Shown: positions 26,521 to 36,169, counted from the first letter of the stretch. The stretch is DNA of 64,000 nt from Gemmatimonadales bacterium (GCA_036002655.1 DASYTD010000149.1:1452-65451), one strand, 5' to 3'. A program made the numbers and translations. The notes: generated from the sequence alone by a model not told the origin.

Positions 26521-27318
26521 CTATTCGTTAATCTCAAGCTCGTCAAGCAGTTGCCGCTTTGCGCGGTCGCGCCTGCGCCGCAGCCCGATCAGCGCAGCCA
26601 GCACGGCGCCGATCGCGAGCCAGAAAAACCCCATGGCGGCGGCCCAGGAGAGCCAGCCGTAGCGCGACCTCAGGTCGCGCTGCCAGCGCAGCTCGAAATC
26701 GCTTTCCGTGATGTGATACGTCGCGCGCAGCGCGGCGTCGAACGACTCCGCCTGCGGCATATTCGCGAGCAACGGCGCCAGCCCGCGCTCGCCACCCCAT
26801 CGCTCCAACATCAGGACGGCCGTCGCCGCGAGTGCGTAGCCCGTCTCCGCATCGCCACGCGCGCCGCGCAGCGCCCGGTCCACGTCCTCGAGATTCATGC
26901 GCGTGCCGCGCGCCAGCTGCCAGTTCAGCCGCAGCGCATCGAGGCGATCCCACTCTTGGGCGGCGACGGCGGCGTACCCTTCTTCGAACCAGAGCGGCAC
27001 GTGCCGACCGACATGCCAGCGCAGGGCGAGATGGGCGAGCTCATGACGGAGGGCGGACGGGCCGGCGGGCGGACGGGCGGTTAACAACACGATCGTGCCG
27101 GCAGCCGGGAAAGCCGCGCCTTCACTCCACAACGGCAACCGGCCGCGCGTGAGGGAATCGTACTTCTCGCGCGTGGACGCGAGAAGGATACGAATGGGGC
27201 GATCGGGCAACGCGCCGATGCCCGGGAAGTCGCGCGCGCCATCGGCCAGCTCGGCGATCGACGCAGCCAACGCTTCCTGACCGGGCCAGGCGAGTGCCGT
27301 CACACGACCGACGTTCAC
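26521..27318 (-). CDS. HExxH zinc-metallopeptidase-like protein with C-terminal membrane anchor (peptidase MA-like)
   Basis: LRHELAHLAL (HExxH) followed by WFEEGYA (gluzincin-type third ligand region). C-terminal TM helix WLSWAAAMGFFWLAIGAVLAALIGL. Contains an octamer array (27051-27080). Confidence 0.65.
   Translation of the reverse strand: MNVGRVTALAWPGQEALAASIAELADGARDFPGIGALPDRPIRILLASTREKYDSLTRGRLPLWSEGAAFPAAGTIVLLTARPPAGPSALRHELAHLALRWHVGRHVPLWFEEGYAAVAAQEWDRLDALRLNWQLARGTRMNLEDVDRALRGARGDAETGYALAATAVLMLERWGGERGLAPLLANMPQAESFDAALRATYHITESDFELRWQRDLRSRYGWLSWAAAMGFFWLAIGAVLAALIGLRRRRDRAKRQLLDELEINE
27051..27080. repeat. tandem octamer array GGGCGGAC GGGCCGGC GGGCGGAC GGGCGG (G-rich on the plus strand)
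   Basis: Read directly. The 24-nt core differs at 1 position from the reverse complement of 59612-59635. Here the C-rich strand is the coding strand and encodes ARPPAGPSA. Confidence 0.8.
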
Positions 27319-27359
27319 CGCGGTGGGAGACCCACCCTGCAGCAGCAGGGCGATGAGGG

Positions 27360-28223
27360 CTATTCTCGCGGCGGCTCCTCGCCCTTAGTGACCAGCTCGA
27401 GCATCTCCTGACACTTCTTGCCCCAGGGATTGAACTTGTTCGCCTTGAAGCCGTCTTCCCAGGTGGCCTTGGCTTTCGCCTGATCGCCGGCGAACCAGTG
27501 CGCGCGTCCCAGCTCGTAGTAGGCCTCGATCAGATTGGGACCGAGCTTCAACGTCTTCTGGAAGAACGTCTCCGCGTCTTCGTACATCTCGCGCTGGAGA
27601 TAGACGAGCCCGAGATAGAAATGCGCGTACAGCGTCGCCTTTTTGTCGTTGTCGAGTCGAATCGCCTTCGACAGATGCTCGATGGCCTCGCCGAAGATCC
27701 GCTTCTTCAGGCAGATGTAGCCGACGTTGATCCGCGCGAGTGAATTCGCGGGCTCTTTCATCAAGACTTTTTGGAATGTGCCGAGCGCGTCGTCGTAGTC
27801 CTCGTGCAGCATCTGCGCCCACCCGAGCAGCGACTCCGCCTGCGTCTCGCCGGGCGAGAGCTGGAGCGCCTTGGTGAGCGCTTGGATCGCACCGGCATGA
27901 TCGCCGAGCGAGATGAGGCTCCACCCTTTTTCGATGAAGGTGGACGCGCCGATGTGGTCGGCATGCATGGCGGGCCGCTGTCCCGTGAATTCGGGAGCCG
28001 CGGCCTGCTTCGTGTCGGCGGCGAGCTGCTTGTAGCGGTCGACGAGCTGGCGGATGTCGTCCTTGAGTTGCGTCATCTCGCCCAGCATGCCGTCCACCTT
28101 CTTGAAATACGCGATGATCTCGCGCTTCGCGGCCTCGCGCTCGGCGTTCCCCGGCGCGCCCTCGAGCTGACGCGCGATGGTGTCGTATTCTCGGCGCAGC
28201 GCCGCGACCGGCGATTCCGTCAT
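27360..28223 (-). CDS. TPR-repeat protein (last gene of the che/mgl block)
   Basis: 287 aa. N-terminal coiled-coil-like segment, then TPR repeats (GDHAGAIQALTKALQLSP, YDDALGTFQKVLMKEP, FGEAIEHLSKAIRLD, YEDAETFFQKTLKLGP). The start overlaps the cheW stop by 4 nt. Confidence 0.8.
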   Translation of the reverse strand: MTESPVAALRREYDTIARQLEGAPGNAEREAAKREIIAYFKKVDGMLGEMTQLKDDIRQLVDRYKQLAADTKQAAAPEFTGQRPAMHADHIGASTFIEKGWSLISLGDHAGAIQALTKALQLSPGETQAESLLGWAQMLHEDYDDALGTFQKVLMKEPANSLARINVGYICLKKRIFGEAIEHLSKAIRLDNDKKATLYAHFYLGLVYLQREMYEDAETFFQKTLKLGPNLIEAYYELGRAHWFAGDQAKAKATWEDGFKANKFNPWGKKCQEMLELVTKGEEPPRE

Positions 28224-28699
28224 GTCACTCCTTGCAGGGCCATTTTTTCCTTTGAGTTCAGCAGTTTGTTGGTATTCAAAACGATGATGGTCCGGCCGTT
28301 CTGCACGATGAGACCGGCGATGTATTCGGCCGCCAATCCTTTCACGATACCGGGCGGCGGCGTCACGGCCTCGGCCGCCACCTGCAGCACCTCGGTCACG
28401 GCGTCCACGATCATGCCGATTTTCCCACCCTCGAACTCGAGGATGACGGTGCGCGTGTCCTCGCGCAGCGGTGCCGGCGTGCCGAGACGCTTCCGCAGGT
28501 CCACGAGTGGGACGACGCCGCCCTGATACTGGAGCACGCCCTCGAGAAAGTCGGGCGCCTTCGGCAGCGGCGCGGGCGCTTCATACCGCAGGATGCGCTC
28601 GACTTGAAAGATATTGAACGCGAAATCCTGGCCGCCCACCTTGAACGTGACCAGTTGGACGTCATCACCGGCCTCCCCCGCCCCCCCGGTGGTCGTCAT
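28220..28699 (-). CDS. cheW: chemotaxis coupling protein CheW (copy 1)
   Basis: Start taken at M27 of ORF 28220..28777; it overlaps the upstream stop (ATGA). QLVTFKVGGQDFAFNIFQVERILRYE...VLQYQGGVVPLVDLRKRLG is a typical CheW fold sequence. Confidence 0.88.
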   Translation of the reverse strand: MTTTGGAGEAGDDVQLVTFKVGGQDFAFNIFQVERILRYEAPAPLPKAPDFLEGVLQYQGGVVPLVDLRKRLGTPAPLREDTRTVILEFEGGKIGMIVDAVTEVLQVAAEAVTPPPGIVKGLAAEYIAGLIVQNGRTIIVLNTNKLLNSKEKMALQGVT

Positions 28700-29124
28700 G
28701 CGATACGATCTCCCAGCGCATCCAAGTCGAGAATCGGCACGAGCCCGCTTTCCTGCTCCGCGACGCCGACGGCCCACGGCAGCGTCTGCCCACGCGGCAC
28801 GGGAAGCGGCTGCTCGCGCACGACGGCATCTACGTCGTCTACTTCGAACGCAACTTGCCGGCCCCCCCCGCCCCCGGTGGCGCCGAGCTCGACGAGGACC
28901 ACCGTACGCACCGCACTTGGCGCAGCGGGCGCCTCCGTCCCTGTGAGAAACGCTCCTAAATGGATCAACGGCACCAGGCGTCCGCGCAGCGGCGTCAGGC
29001 CGCGAACTGCAGGGAGTTTACGTGGAACGCTCAGCACCTCAGTCGCGTCCCCGACTTCGAGCACGCGGCCGACCGGCAGACCGTACACCTTTCCCTGGGC
29101 GCGGACCAGCAGGTAGCCTTTCAT
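28696..29124 (-). CDS. cheW: CheW-like protein (copy 2, divergent)
   Basis: Start taken at M95 of ORF 28696..29406 ([24 protein letters not shown]...[15 protein letters not shown]); it overlaps the cheB stop (ATGA). Confidence 0.8.
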   Translation of the reverse strand: MKGYLLVRAQGKVYGLPVGRVLEVGDATEVLSVPRKLPAVRGLTPLRGRLVPLIHLGAFLTGTEAPAAPSAVRTVVLVELGATGGGGGRQVAFEVDDVDAVVREQPLPVPRGQTLPWAVGVAEQESGLVPILDLDALGDRIA

Positions 29125-30248
29125 CGTAACGCCCTGCGACTCAGTTCGGCGGCCACGCGGTCGGCGATCTGGCCGAGCGGCAGCACGACATCCGCCCCGC
29201 CCGCCTGCACCGCCGCCAACGGCATTCCTGGAATGACCGACGTCTCGCGATCCTGCGCGACGCCGGTGCCACCCACGTCGTGGATCGCGCGCAAGCCCTC
29301 GGCGCCGTCGCGGCCCATCCCCGTGAGGACGACGCCTACGCCGCGCGCGCCGTAGACCTCGGCGATCGAGCGGAACAGCGGATCGGCCGCCGGGCGGACG
29401 CCCCAAATGGGCGGAGACTGATCGAGCGCGATGACGGGACCGTCGGGAGCGGAACGCACCCGCATATGATAATCGCCGGGGGCCACGTACGCCGTATCGG
29501 CGACGATCGGCACGCCGTCGTCGGCCTCGACGACGCGCAGCCGGGGGGGGCTCATCGAGTCGAGCCGCTCTGCAAGACTGCGGGTGAATTTCGGCGGCAT
29601 GTGTTGCACGATCAGCACCGCCGCGCCGCGCCCCGTGGGCAGGCGCGGCACGAGATCGGCGAGCGCGCGCGGCCCGCCGGTGGACGCCGCGACGCCGACC
29701 GCCAGCACGGCACGGCCGCGCGGCCGGAGCTCCGGCGGGTGCACGACGGGCGCCGGCGGCCGCGCCAGCACGTTGACGTGCGACAGGTCCGCCGCCAGCG
29801 CGCGACGCACCGCGGCGATGAGCTGCGGCGCAAGCGCTTCGAGCGCCGCGCGGGGATGACCGAAAACATCCGCCGGCGGTTTGGCGACGATCTCGACGGC
29901 GCCGAGCTCAAGGGCGCGGATCGCGGTAGCCGTGCCGGGGCCCACGTACGCGCTGACCACGACGATGGGCAGCGGCGACTCCGACATGATGTAGCCGATG
30001 GCGCCCAAGCCATCGAGCCGCGGCATCTCGAGATCGAGCGTGACGACGTCCGGTCGGTACTGATGCACTTTGCGGATGGCGTCCAGCCCGTCGCGAGCGG
30101 TCGCGACGACGCGGAACTCGCCGTTGTCCGCTTCTCCGCCGCCCAGGACGTCCACCAGCACGCGCCGCATGAGTGCGCTATCGTCGGCGACGACGACCGT
30201 CGGCCGCCCGGAAGACACGGGCTCAGATGACATGGGTATCGGCCCCAA
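29121..30248 (-). CDS. cheB: chemotaxis response regulator protein-glutamate methylesterase CheB
   Basis: REC domain ([21 protein letters not shown]) plus methylesterase catalytic motifs AASTGGP, VQHMP and GMGRDG. The start is 30248 or ATG 30233; both overlap the cheD 3' end. Confidence 0.92.
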   Translation of the reverse strand: MGPIPMSSEPVSSGRPTVVVADDSALMRRVLVDVLGGGEADNGEFRVVATARDGLDAIRKVHQYRPDVVTLDLEMPRLDGLGAIGYIMSESPLPIVVVSAYVGPGTATAIRALELGAVEIVAKPPADVFGHPRAALEALAPQLIAAVRRALAADLSHVNVLARPPAPVVHPPELRPRGRAVLAVGVAASTGGPRALADLVPRLPTGRGAAVLIVQHMPPKFTRSLAERLDSMSPPRLRVVEADDGVPIVADTAYVAPGDYHMRVRSAPDGPVIALDQSPPIWGVRPAADPLFRSIAEVYGARGVGVVLTGMGRDGAEGLRAIHDVGGTGVAQDRETSVIPGMPLAAVQAGGADVVLPLGQIADRVAAELSRRALR

Positions 30249-30714
30249 CCGAGCGGATTTCCACGCGACCGTCCTTCACATGAAAGCGCACGCTGCGCCC
30301 GCGCTCACCCCCGACCGATTCCCGGACGATTGGGATTGCGGCCGCCCGAAGGGCGCTGCGACACGCCAGGACATTGCGCTCGCCCATTTGGATCGTGCCC
30401 GGCGTGACGAGCTGGCTGAACATGCTGGCACCGCCGGCCAGCTTCGCGACGAGCCGACGCGGGTCCGCGCCCAGGCCCTTGAGACGCTCGATCAGCAGGG
30501 GAACGGCGGTGTCGGGGAACTTGGCTCGGTTCGTGATATCGCGCGCCAGACTGGTGGACGGCAGGAGCACGTGCGCCATCGCGCCGGCCTTGGCTTCCGC
30601 ATCGTGCAGCATGAGCGCGACGCAGGACCCGAGTCCCAGCGTGACCAGTACGCCATCCCCGCGCTCGGCCGCCCAATCCGCCACCTTGACGATGACTTCC
30701 GTCACCGTCCTCAC
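30223..30714 (-). CDS. cheD: chemoreceptor glutamine deamidase CheD
   Basis: 163 aa. [13 protein letters not shown] (catalytic Cys), AHVLLP and GERNV motifs. The GTG start overlaps the cheR stop (GTGA). Confidence 0.9.
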   Translation of the reverse strand: MRTVTEVIVKVADWAAERGDGVLVTLGLGSCVALMLHDAEAKAGAMAHVLLPSTSLARDITNRAKFPDTAVPLLIERLKGLGADPRRLVAKLAGGASMFSQLVTPGTIQMGERNVLACRSALRAAAIPIVRESVGGERGRSVRFHVKDGRVEIRSVGADTHVI

Positions 30715-31541
30715 GCCCTGACCCCCTCGCCGCGTTGCGGAGAGGGGGGACGGAGGGACCCATCGTCAGGCTTGACGTAGATCCGCTCGCGCGGATCCAC
30801 GAGCGTAAGGCGCTCGCGCGCGGGGCCGAACAACGTCTCGACCTTGCCGAGTAGCAGCACGCCGCCCGGTGCGAGCGCGTTCGCGAACACTTGAAACAGC
30901 CGCTCCTGCGCCTGGCGCTCGAAATAGATGACCACGTTGCGGCAGACGATGAGGTCGTAGGGAGGACGGGGCGGCGGCTCTCGCGTCAAATCGTGCGCGC
31001 GGATCTGCACCAGCTCGCGCACCAGGGGGGTCGGCTGCCCGTCCACGATGTAGTGGCGCTTGAGATTCGCCGGCATCTCGGTGAAGGCGCTCTCCGGATA
31101 CTTCGCCTGCCGCGTGCGCTCGAGGCTCAGTCGATCGATGTCCGTCGCGTCGATGAAACCCTGCGCGTGAGTTTCCGCGAGCAGCACCGCGATTGTGTAT
31201 GGCTCTTCACCGGAGGCGCAGCCGGCGGACCAGACGCGCAGGCTCGAGCGTGCCTGTGCCAACGCGTCGAGATAGGGCCGCAACGCGTTCCAGGTCTCGG
31301 CGTTGCGAAAGAACTTGGTGACGTTGATCGTGAGCGCGTCGAGCAGCTCCTGATACTCGCGCGCATCCCGATCGAGCAGCTTGCCGTAATCTTCGTAGGA
31401 ATGCACGCCGCGGGCCCGCATCCGGACCGCGATGCGGCGCTTCAGGCATTTGTCCTTGTACGATCCGCAGCTGATTCCCCGCTCGCGCGAAACCTTCTCC
31501 GTGAGCGCCCGAAAGCCGCGCTCGTCCTGCGCGGAGCTCAC
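30711..31541 (-). CDS. cheR: chemotaxis protein methyltransferase CheR
   Basis: Start taken at V64 of ORF 30711..31730. This GTG forms GTGA with the upstream stop and gives 276 aa. KCLKRRIAVRMR, TKFFRN, LRVWSAGCASGEEPYTIA (SAM site) and CRNVVIYF motifs. Confidence 0.9.
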   Translation of the reverse strand: MSSAQDERGFRALTEKVSRERGISCGSYKDKCLKRRIAVRMRARGVHSYEDYGKLLDRDAREYQELLDALTINVTKFFRNAETWNALRPYLDALAQARSSLRVWSAGCASGEEPYTIAVLLAETHAQGFIDATDIDRLSLERTRQAKYPESAFTEMPANLKRHYIVDGQPTPLVRELVQIRAHDLTREPPPRPPYDLIVCRNVVIYFERQAQERLFQVFANALAPGGVLLLGKVETLFGPARERLTLVDPRERIYVKPDDGSLRPPSPQRGEGVRA

Positions 31542-33154
31542 GACAGGGTGCTCAAGGTTTCCAAATTGGCTTTCACGAGTTCGTGCTTCGGGTTCAGCTC
31601 GAGGGCGCGGCGCCACAAGGCGCTCGCCTGGTCCCGGTCGTTTCGCTTGTAGGCGATGTTGCCGAGCTTGAAGTAGACGTCGTCGCCCAGCTCGGGAGAC
31701 AGCTCGATGGCGCGCTGATACAGCACCCACGCCTCGTCGTAGCGCGAGCCGCGGTAGGCGAGATCGCCGAGGTTCTTGGAGAGCTGCGGCAGGGACGGCT
31801 CGTCGTGCAGCGCGGCACGCGCGAGCTCTTCGGCTTTGAGCAGCTCGCCGGCGAGCTCGTGCAGCACCGCGAGATTGTTGCGGAGCACGCCATTTTGCGG
31901 ATGGGCTTCGACCGCCTGGGCGGCGACCTGCTCCGCAATTTCAAAGTCTCCCGCTGCAGCGGCGGCGAGCGCGCGCGCCCAGAACCAGATCGGCGGCACA
32001 CTCTCGGCAAAGAGCTCCTTGGCCCGGTCGAGCCGGCCCGCGGCGCTGACGTGGTCCCCCTGTTTCAGCGCGACCACGCCCCACCCCACGTAGACGCGCG
32101 GGTCGGTGCGCGCGCGCGTCGCCGCCTCGGCGTACGCCGCTTCCGCATCTTCCAGGCGGCCGAGCTGCTCGAATGCCAGTCCCAGGTTGTGCAACACCGC
32201 GGGCCGCGAGCCACCCTTTTCGGCGGCGAGCCGCAACGCTTCCATCGCTTCGCGCCAGCGCGCCTGCTTCAGCGCCACGAGCCCGATGAAGAAGTGCGCG
32301 TTGGCGTCGGTCGCGCGCAGCTCCGCCACGCGGCGGAATTCGCGCGCCGCTTCGTCCAGCATGCCGGTCTTGTAGAAGGCGATGCCCAAGTTGCGGTGCT
32401 CTTCCACGCGGGCATCCGTCATTTTCATGTCTTCGGCGCTGGCGGTGCGGCCGGCACGGTGGAGGAACCCGGCGGTGACGAGTCCGTACAGCGCCTTCCC
32501 CACCTCGAACTCACCCATCCCGGAGTCTTCGATGACCTGATTGACGTCACGCGAGCCATCGAGCAGCGGCAGCAGGCGCTCCTGCACTTCCGTCAGCTTC
32601 GCGTCGCTGATCGCAAGCCGGTCGCGGTCCACGAGGAAAATCAGATCGAAGGAGGGGATCTTCTTCTCGATGAGGCCCCACTCGTCCACGCGGCGCGCAC
32701 CCTCGAGCAGCAGCGACTCGGGATTGATGGACACGAGGAAGTCCTGCTGCTCGGGCCGGACGTCGGCCTCGAAGTTGAACGTCCCCTGCGTCCACGTGAA
32801 CAGGTAGTAAACCGACTCTTCGATCTGCATGCGCATGTAGCGCTCGAGCTCTTGCTGCGAGATCACGCTCTGGCTGACGAGGATCTCACCCAGCTTCTTG
32901 TCGCGCTCTTTGGCCTGGCGGTGAATCGCGGCGTCCAGCTGGTCCTGCGTGATCTTTTCGTGCTTGACGAGGATGTCGCCGAGGCGGTCGCGGCGATTCA
33001 CGATCGACGCGTACGCGATACGGCCTTTATCGAAGTAGATGTAGCCGAAGTTGGAACGGTCGGCGATCGACAGACAGCCGGTCTTCTGCCCCAACGCGAG
33101 CAGCTGCAGCACGTCGGGGAGCGAGGCTTCCTTGAGCGAGCCTTTGATCGCCAT
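31538..33154 (-). CDS. PATAN/DUF4388 domain - MshEN-like tandem motif - TPR protein (paralogue A)
   Basis: 538 aa. N-terminus [31 protein letters not shown]...GYIYFDKGRIAYA (DUF4388 signature). Then RLGDILVKHEKITQDQLDAAIHRQ-AKERDK-KLGEILVSQSVISQQELERYMRMQ. The C-terminal half is TPR repeats. Confidence 0.8.
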   Translation of the reverse strand: MAIKGSLKEASLPDVLQLLALGQKTGCLSIADRSNFGYIYFDKGRIAYASIVNRRDRLGDILVKHEKITQDQLDAAIHRQAKERDKKLGEILVSQSVISQQELERYMRMQIEESVYYLFTWTQGTFNFEADVRPEQQDFLVSINPESLLLEGARRVDEWGLIEKKIPSFDLIFLVDRDRLAISDAKLTEVQERLLPLLDGSRDVNQVIEDSGMGEFEVGKALYGLVTAGFLHRAGRTASAEDMKMTDARVEEHRNLGIAFYKTGMLDEAAREFRRVAELRATDANAHFFIGLVALKQARWREAMEALRLAAEKGGSRPAVLHNLGLAFEQLGRLEDAEAAYAEAATRARTDPRVYVGWGVVALKQGDHVSAAGRLDRAKELFAESVPPIWFWARALAAAAAGDFEIAEQVAAQAVEAHPQNGVLRNNLAVLHELAGELLKAEELARAALHDEPSLPQLSKNLGDLAYRGSRYDEAWVLYQRAIELSPELGDDVYFKLGNIAYKRNDRDQASALWRRALELNPKHELVKANLETLSTLS

Positions 33155-35091
33155 CAGCGAAGATCCTCGATGACACGGTCAGCAGCCGCGGGCCAATCCC
33201 ACACCATTTTCTCGCGGCTGCGCACACCTCCGGCGCTCGAGACCACGATCCCGCTGGTGCGCAAACCCGCCGTGCGACGCGGCGGCGGAGCGCCCTCGAG
33301 CACGTCGCGGGCGAGACCCGCCGTCACGGGTGCATCCTGCGCCGCGGCCGCCTCGATCACCCGCTGCACGAGCCCCGTCAAGCTGCGCACCGAGTCAACG
33401 GGGCGGTCCACGAGATAATCGAGCAGCGCCTCTTCCACCGGCACACGCTGGTTCTTGAGGAGCCGCGCCAGCGCGGCACGACGTAGCTCCTTGTCGGGGT
33501 CGCCGATTTCCGCGACGAGCCCACCCTCGAGCCGCGAGACGATGCGCTCCTCCAGGCCTTGGAGCGTGTTGGGATGGGCGGGCGCGGTGAAGACCAGCTG
33601 CCGGTCGGCGTCGAGGAACTGGTTGAAGAGATTGAAGAGCTCCTCCTGCGTCCGTTCCTTGCCGGCGAGCAGCTGGATGTCGTCGAGCAGCAGCGCCGTC
33701 GCGCGCCGGTAGCGCGCGCGCCACCAGTCCACCCGGTTGCCGTCAATGGCGGCGATCAGCTCGTCCACGAACTGCTGCGTGGACAGGCACGCCACGATGG
33801 CGTTTTTCTTCTTGGCCAGCTCGAGACCGATGGCGTTCAGGAGATGCGTTTTCCCGCGGCCACTCTTTCCGACGATCACGAGCGGGTTGTATTTCTTCCC
33901 GGGTTTGGCGATGGCGTCACGCGCGGCACTGAGCGCAACCTCGTTGGACGGACCCGCGATGTAGGTGCCGAGGGGGAACGCGCCGGACGGGGCCGGCGGT
34001 GGTGCCGCGCCGTCGCGTACTTTCGCGGCGGCCGCTTCCGCCTCCTCCATGTGGTCGGGATCGCGGAACACTTTCTCGCCCGCCGCCTGCGGATCGAGCA
34101 CCGCGACTTCCGCTTCGAGCGTCTTCAGCCGTTCGACGTCCTGCACGTACGCGGCGATCGCGTCGTCCACGGCCGCCGGCGTTTCCTGATCGAGCAGCTT
34201 CTCGAGCCGGCCGGTGCGGTACCCCTCGCCCTCCCACCGCAACACCGCCTCAGCCACACGCGCGCGCCACGCCTCGACGGCTTTGCCGACGGTGACCGTG
34301 ACGTCACTCAGGAACTGCGAGAACTCATCGCCCGCAGGCTTGGCCGCCGGCTCCGCCTTGGCCTCCCCGCTCCCTGCTACTCCAAGCACCTGCCGCGCGG
34401 CCTCCGCGTTGATGGGCGTGTCATTGACCGCCTGGAACGCGATCAGCCGGTTGAGCGCGCCCATCAGCTCGCGCACGTTCGGATACTCGACCTTCGCAAC
34501 CGTCTCGAGCACGCCGGGCTGGAACGACGTCCCGCGCTCTTCCGCCTTGCGGCGCAGAATCGCGACACGGGTTTCGTAATCGGGAATGCCCATATCGACA
34601 ACCAACCCGCCCGAAAAGCGCGAGATCAGCCGCTCATCGAGGTCCGCGATTTCCGCCGGGGGCCGGTCGCTCGCGAGCACGATCTGATGGCCGGCCTGCT
34701 GTAGTGCTTCGGTGAGGCGGAGCAGCTCGGTCTGCATCTCTTTGCGATTGGTCAGGAATTGCACGTCGTCCACCAGCAGCACATCCACATTCTGGAAGCG
34801 CCGCCGGAATGCGTCGCCCTGTCCGGCCGCGATCGCGGCATGGAAGGCTTCGACGTACTCGTCCAGCGTCAGGTATTCGATGTTGATCTGCGGGGCGAGC
34901 GCCTTGGCGGCGTGCCCGATGGCCATCAGCAGGTGGGTCTTCCCCAGCCCAGAGCCACTATAAATGAAGAGGGGGTTGTAGGCCGAGCCCGGATTCTCGG
35001 CGACCGTGCGTCCCGCCGTGACGGCCAGCCGGTTCGCGGCACCCACCACGAACGTCTCGAACATGAAGCGGGGATTGAGCGTGCTGGTCAT
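33154..35091 (-). CDS. tandem DnaA-domain-III (AAA+) protein lacking DnaA domains I and IV
   Basis: 645 aa. Module 1: [81 protein letters not shown]. Module 2: [56 protein letters not shown]. The ATG overlaps the mglA stop (ATGA). The stop overlaps the start of the next gene by 1 nt. Confidence 0.85.
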   Translation of the reverse strand: MTSTLNPRFMFETFVVGAANRLAVTAGRTVAENPGSAYNPLFIYSGSGLGKTHLLMAIGHAAKALAPQINIEYLTLDEYVEAFHAAIAAGQGDAFRRRFQNVDVLLVDDVQFLTNRKEMQTELLRLTEALQQAGHQIVLASDRPPAEIADLDERLISRFSGGLVVDMGIPDYETRVAILRRKAEERGTSFQPGVLETVAKVEYPNVRELMGALNRLIAFQAVNDTPINAEAARQVLGVAGSGEAKAEPAAKPAGDEFSQFLSDVTVTVGKAVEAWRARVAEAVLRWEGEGYRTGRLEKLLDQETPAAVDDAIAAYVQDVERLKTLEAEVAVLDPQAAGEKVFRDPDHMEEAEAAAAKVRDGAAPPPAPSGAFPLGTYIAGPSNEVALSAARDAIAKPGKKYNPLVIVGKSGRGKTHLLNAIGLELAKKKNAIVACLSTQQFVDELIAAIDGNRVDWWRARYRRATALLLDDIQLLAGKERTQEELFNLFNQFLDADRQLVFTAPAHPNTLQGLEERIVSRLEGGLVAEIGDPDKELRRAALARLLKNQRVPVEEALLDYLVDRPVDSVRSLTGLVQRVIEAAAAQDAPVTAGLARDVLEGAPPPRRTAGLRTSGIVVSSAGGVRSREKMVWDWPAAADRVIEDLR

Positions 35092-35690
35092 GCCACGGGG
35101 CTCCCCGCCGCGAGCTTCTTGAGGACTAACTCCGAGATTCCCTTCAGCGTCTCGAAGACGCCCTTGCCGTGCAGCGCGTCCGCCGCGAAGCTGGGCACGC
35201 TGCGGAAGTTCAGGGCGTCGTCCAGCTCCGCCTGCGTGAGAATCAGCTCGGGTGGCAGGTCCTGCTTGTTGTACTGCATCACGAGGGGCATCGTCCGGAC
35301 GTCCACGCCGTGCTCCAGCAGATTGCTCTGCAGGTTCTGGAGGCTCTCGATGTTCTCATCCAGCTGGCGCGCCTGGCTGTCGCCAACGAACACGACCCCG
35401 TCGGCACCCTGGAGCACGAGTCGCCGGGTCGCGTTGTAGTAGACCTGGCCCGGCACCGTGTAGAGCTGAAAGCGCGTCGAGAAGCCGGAAATCTGGCCGA
35501 GATCGATAGGCAGGAAATCGAAGAACAGGGTGCGGTCGGTCTGCGTAGCCAGCGAAACCATCCGCCCCCGCCGCGTCTCCGGCACCCGGCCGTACACGTA
35601 ATGGAGATTGGTCGTCTTTCCGGACCGGCCGGGTCCGTAGTAGACGATTTTGCACGTAATCTCGCGGCTCGTGAAGTTGACCAGGGACAC
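35088..35690 (-). CDS. mglA: Ras-like small GTPase MglA
   Basis: 200 aa, collinear with Myxococcus MglA as I remember it. [21 protein letters not shown] (P-loop), [11 protein letters not shown] (switch 1 with the intrinsic Arg), [10 protein letters not shown] (the MglA-specific TxxGQ in place of DxxGQ) and YNKQD. Confidence 0.93.
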   Translation of the reverse strand: MSLVNFTSREITCKIVYYGPGRSGKTTNLHYVYGRVPETRRGRMVSLATQTDRTLFFDFLPIDLGQISGFSTRFQLYTVPGQVYYNATRRLVLQGADGVVFVGDSQARQLDENIESLQNLQSNLLEHGVDVRTMPLVMQYNKQDLPPELILTQAELDDALNFRSVPSFAADALHGKGVFETLKGISELVLKKLAAGSPVA

Positions 35691-35692
35691 GG

Positions 35693-36169
35693 CTATCTCC
35701 CAAACAGCGTGTTGAGGCTGTCCGTCAGCTCGCGCTCGAAGTCCGCGGCCAGCACCTGCTTTGGGACTGCGCCCTTGGGACTCGCCGACTTCAAGTCCGC
35801 CGCAAGTTGCTCATAGAATAACTGCACCAAGCCAAGCGATGAAACATCGAGATCGTAGACGGCCAGCACCGCCACCGTGCCGCGCTCCGTGGCGAAGGTC
35901 GCCAGGAAGAAGCCGTTCTTGGGACCTTGATGACTGAGGGCGGCGAACGGCGGCTGCCGCAGCTGGCGCGCCAGCTCGCCCGTGGAGGCGACGATCGCGG
36001 CGGCCAACGCTGCCGCCGACATCACGTCCACCGCCCGTGAGAATCCGGACTGCGCCAGCACCTGCCCGGACGGCGTCAGCACGAGCACCAGACGCACCGA
36101 TGCTTCCCGCACGAAGTCGGTGAGCGGCTGGAGCGTCCAGCTCTCGACGGCGCGGGTCTGGGGACTCAT
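35693..36169 (-). CDS. mglB: Roadblock/LC7 protein MglB (GAP partner of MglA)
   Basis: Start taken at M199 of ORF 35693..36763; it overlaps the upstream stop (ATGA) and gives 158 aa. Roadblock core [18 protein letters not shown]...[12 protein letters not shown] plus a C-terminal tail ending DSLNTLFGR. It lies immediately upstream of mglA, as in the mglBA operon. Confidence 0.8.
   Translation of the reverse strand: MSPQTRAVESWTLQPLTDFVREASVRLVLVLTPSGQVLAQSGFSRAVDVMSAAALAAAIVASTGELARQLRQPPFAALSHQGPKNGFFLATFATERGTVAVLAVYDLDVSSLGLVQLFYEQLAADLKSASPKGAVPKQVLAADFERELTDSLNTLFGR

Noticed and set aside
27322-27336. Small hairpin GGTGGG-aga-CCCACC after the last TPR gene, as a possible terminator of the che/mgl block.
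   Set aside because: It has only a 6-bp stem and no following T-tract on the minus strand. It lies 4 nt upstream of the next gene start. This is not convincing as an intrinsic terminator.
33154-35091. Could the DnaA-like gene mark the replication origin, that is, be the chromosomal dnaA?
   Set aside because: It has no domain I and no DNA-binding domain IV. There is no dnaN/recF/gyrB neighbourhood. I saw no AT-rich unwinding region or cluster of TTATCCACA-like boxes nearby. The gene is embedded in a signalling operon.
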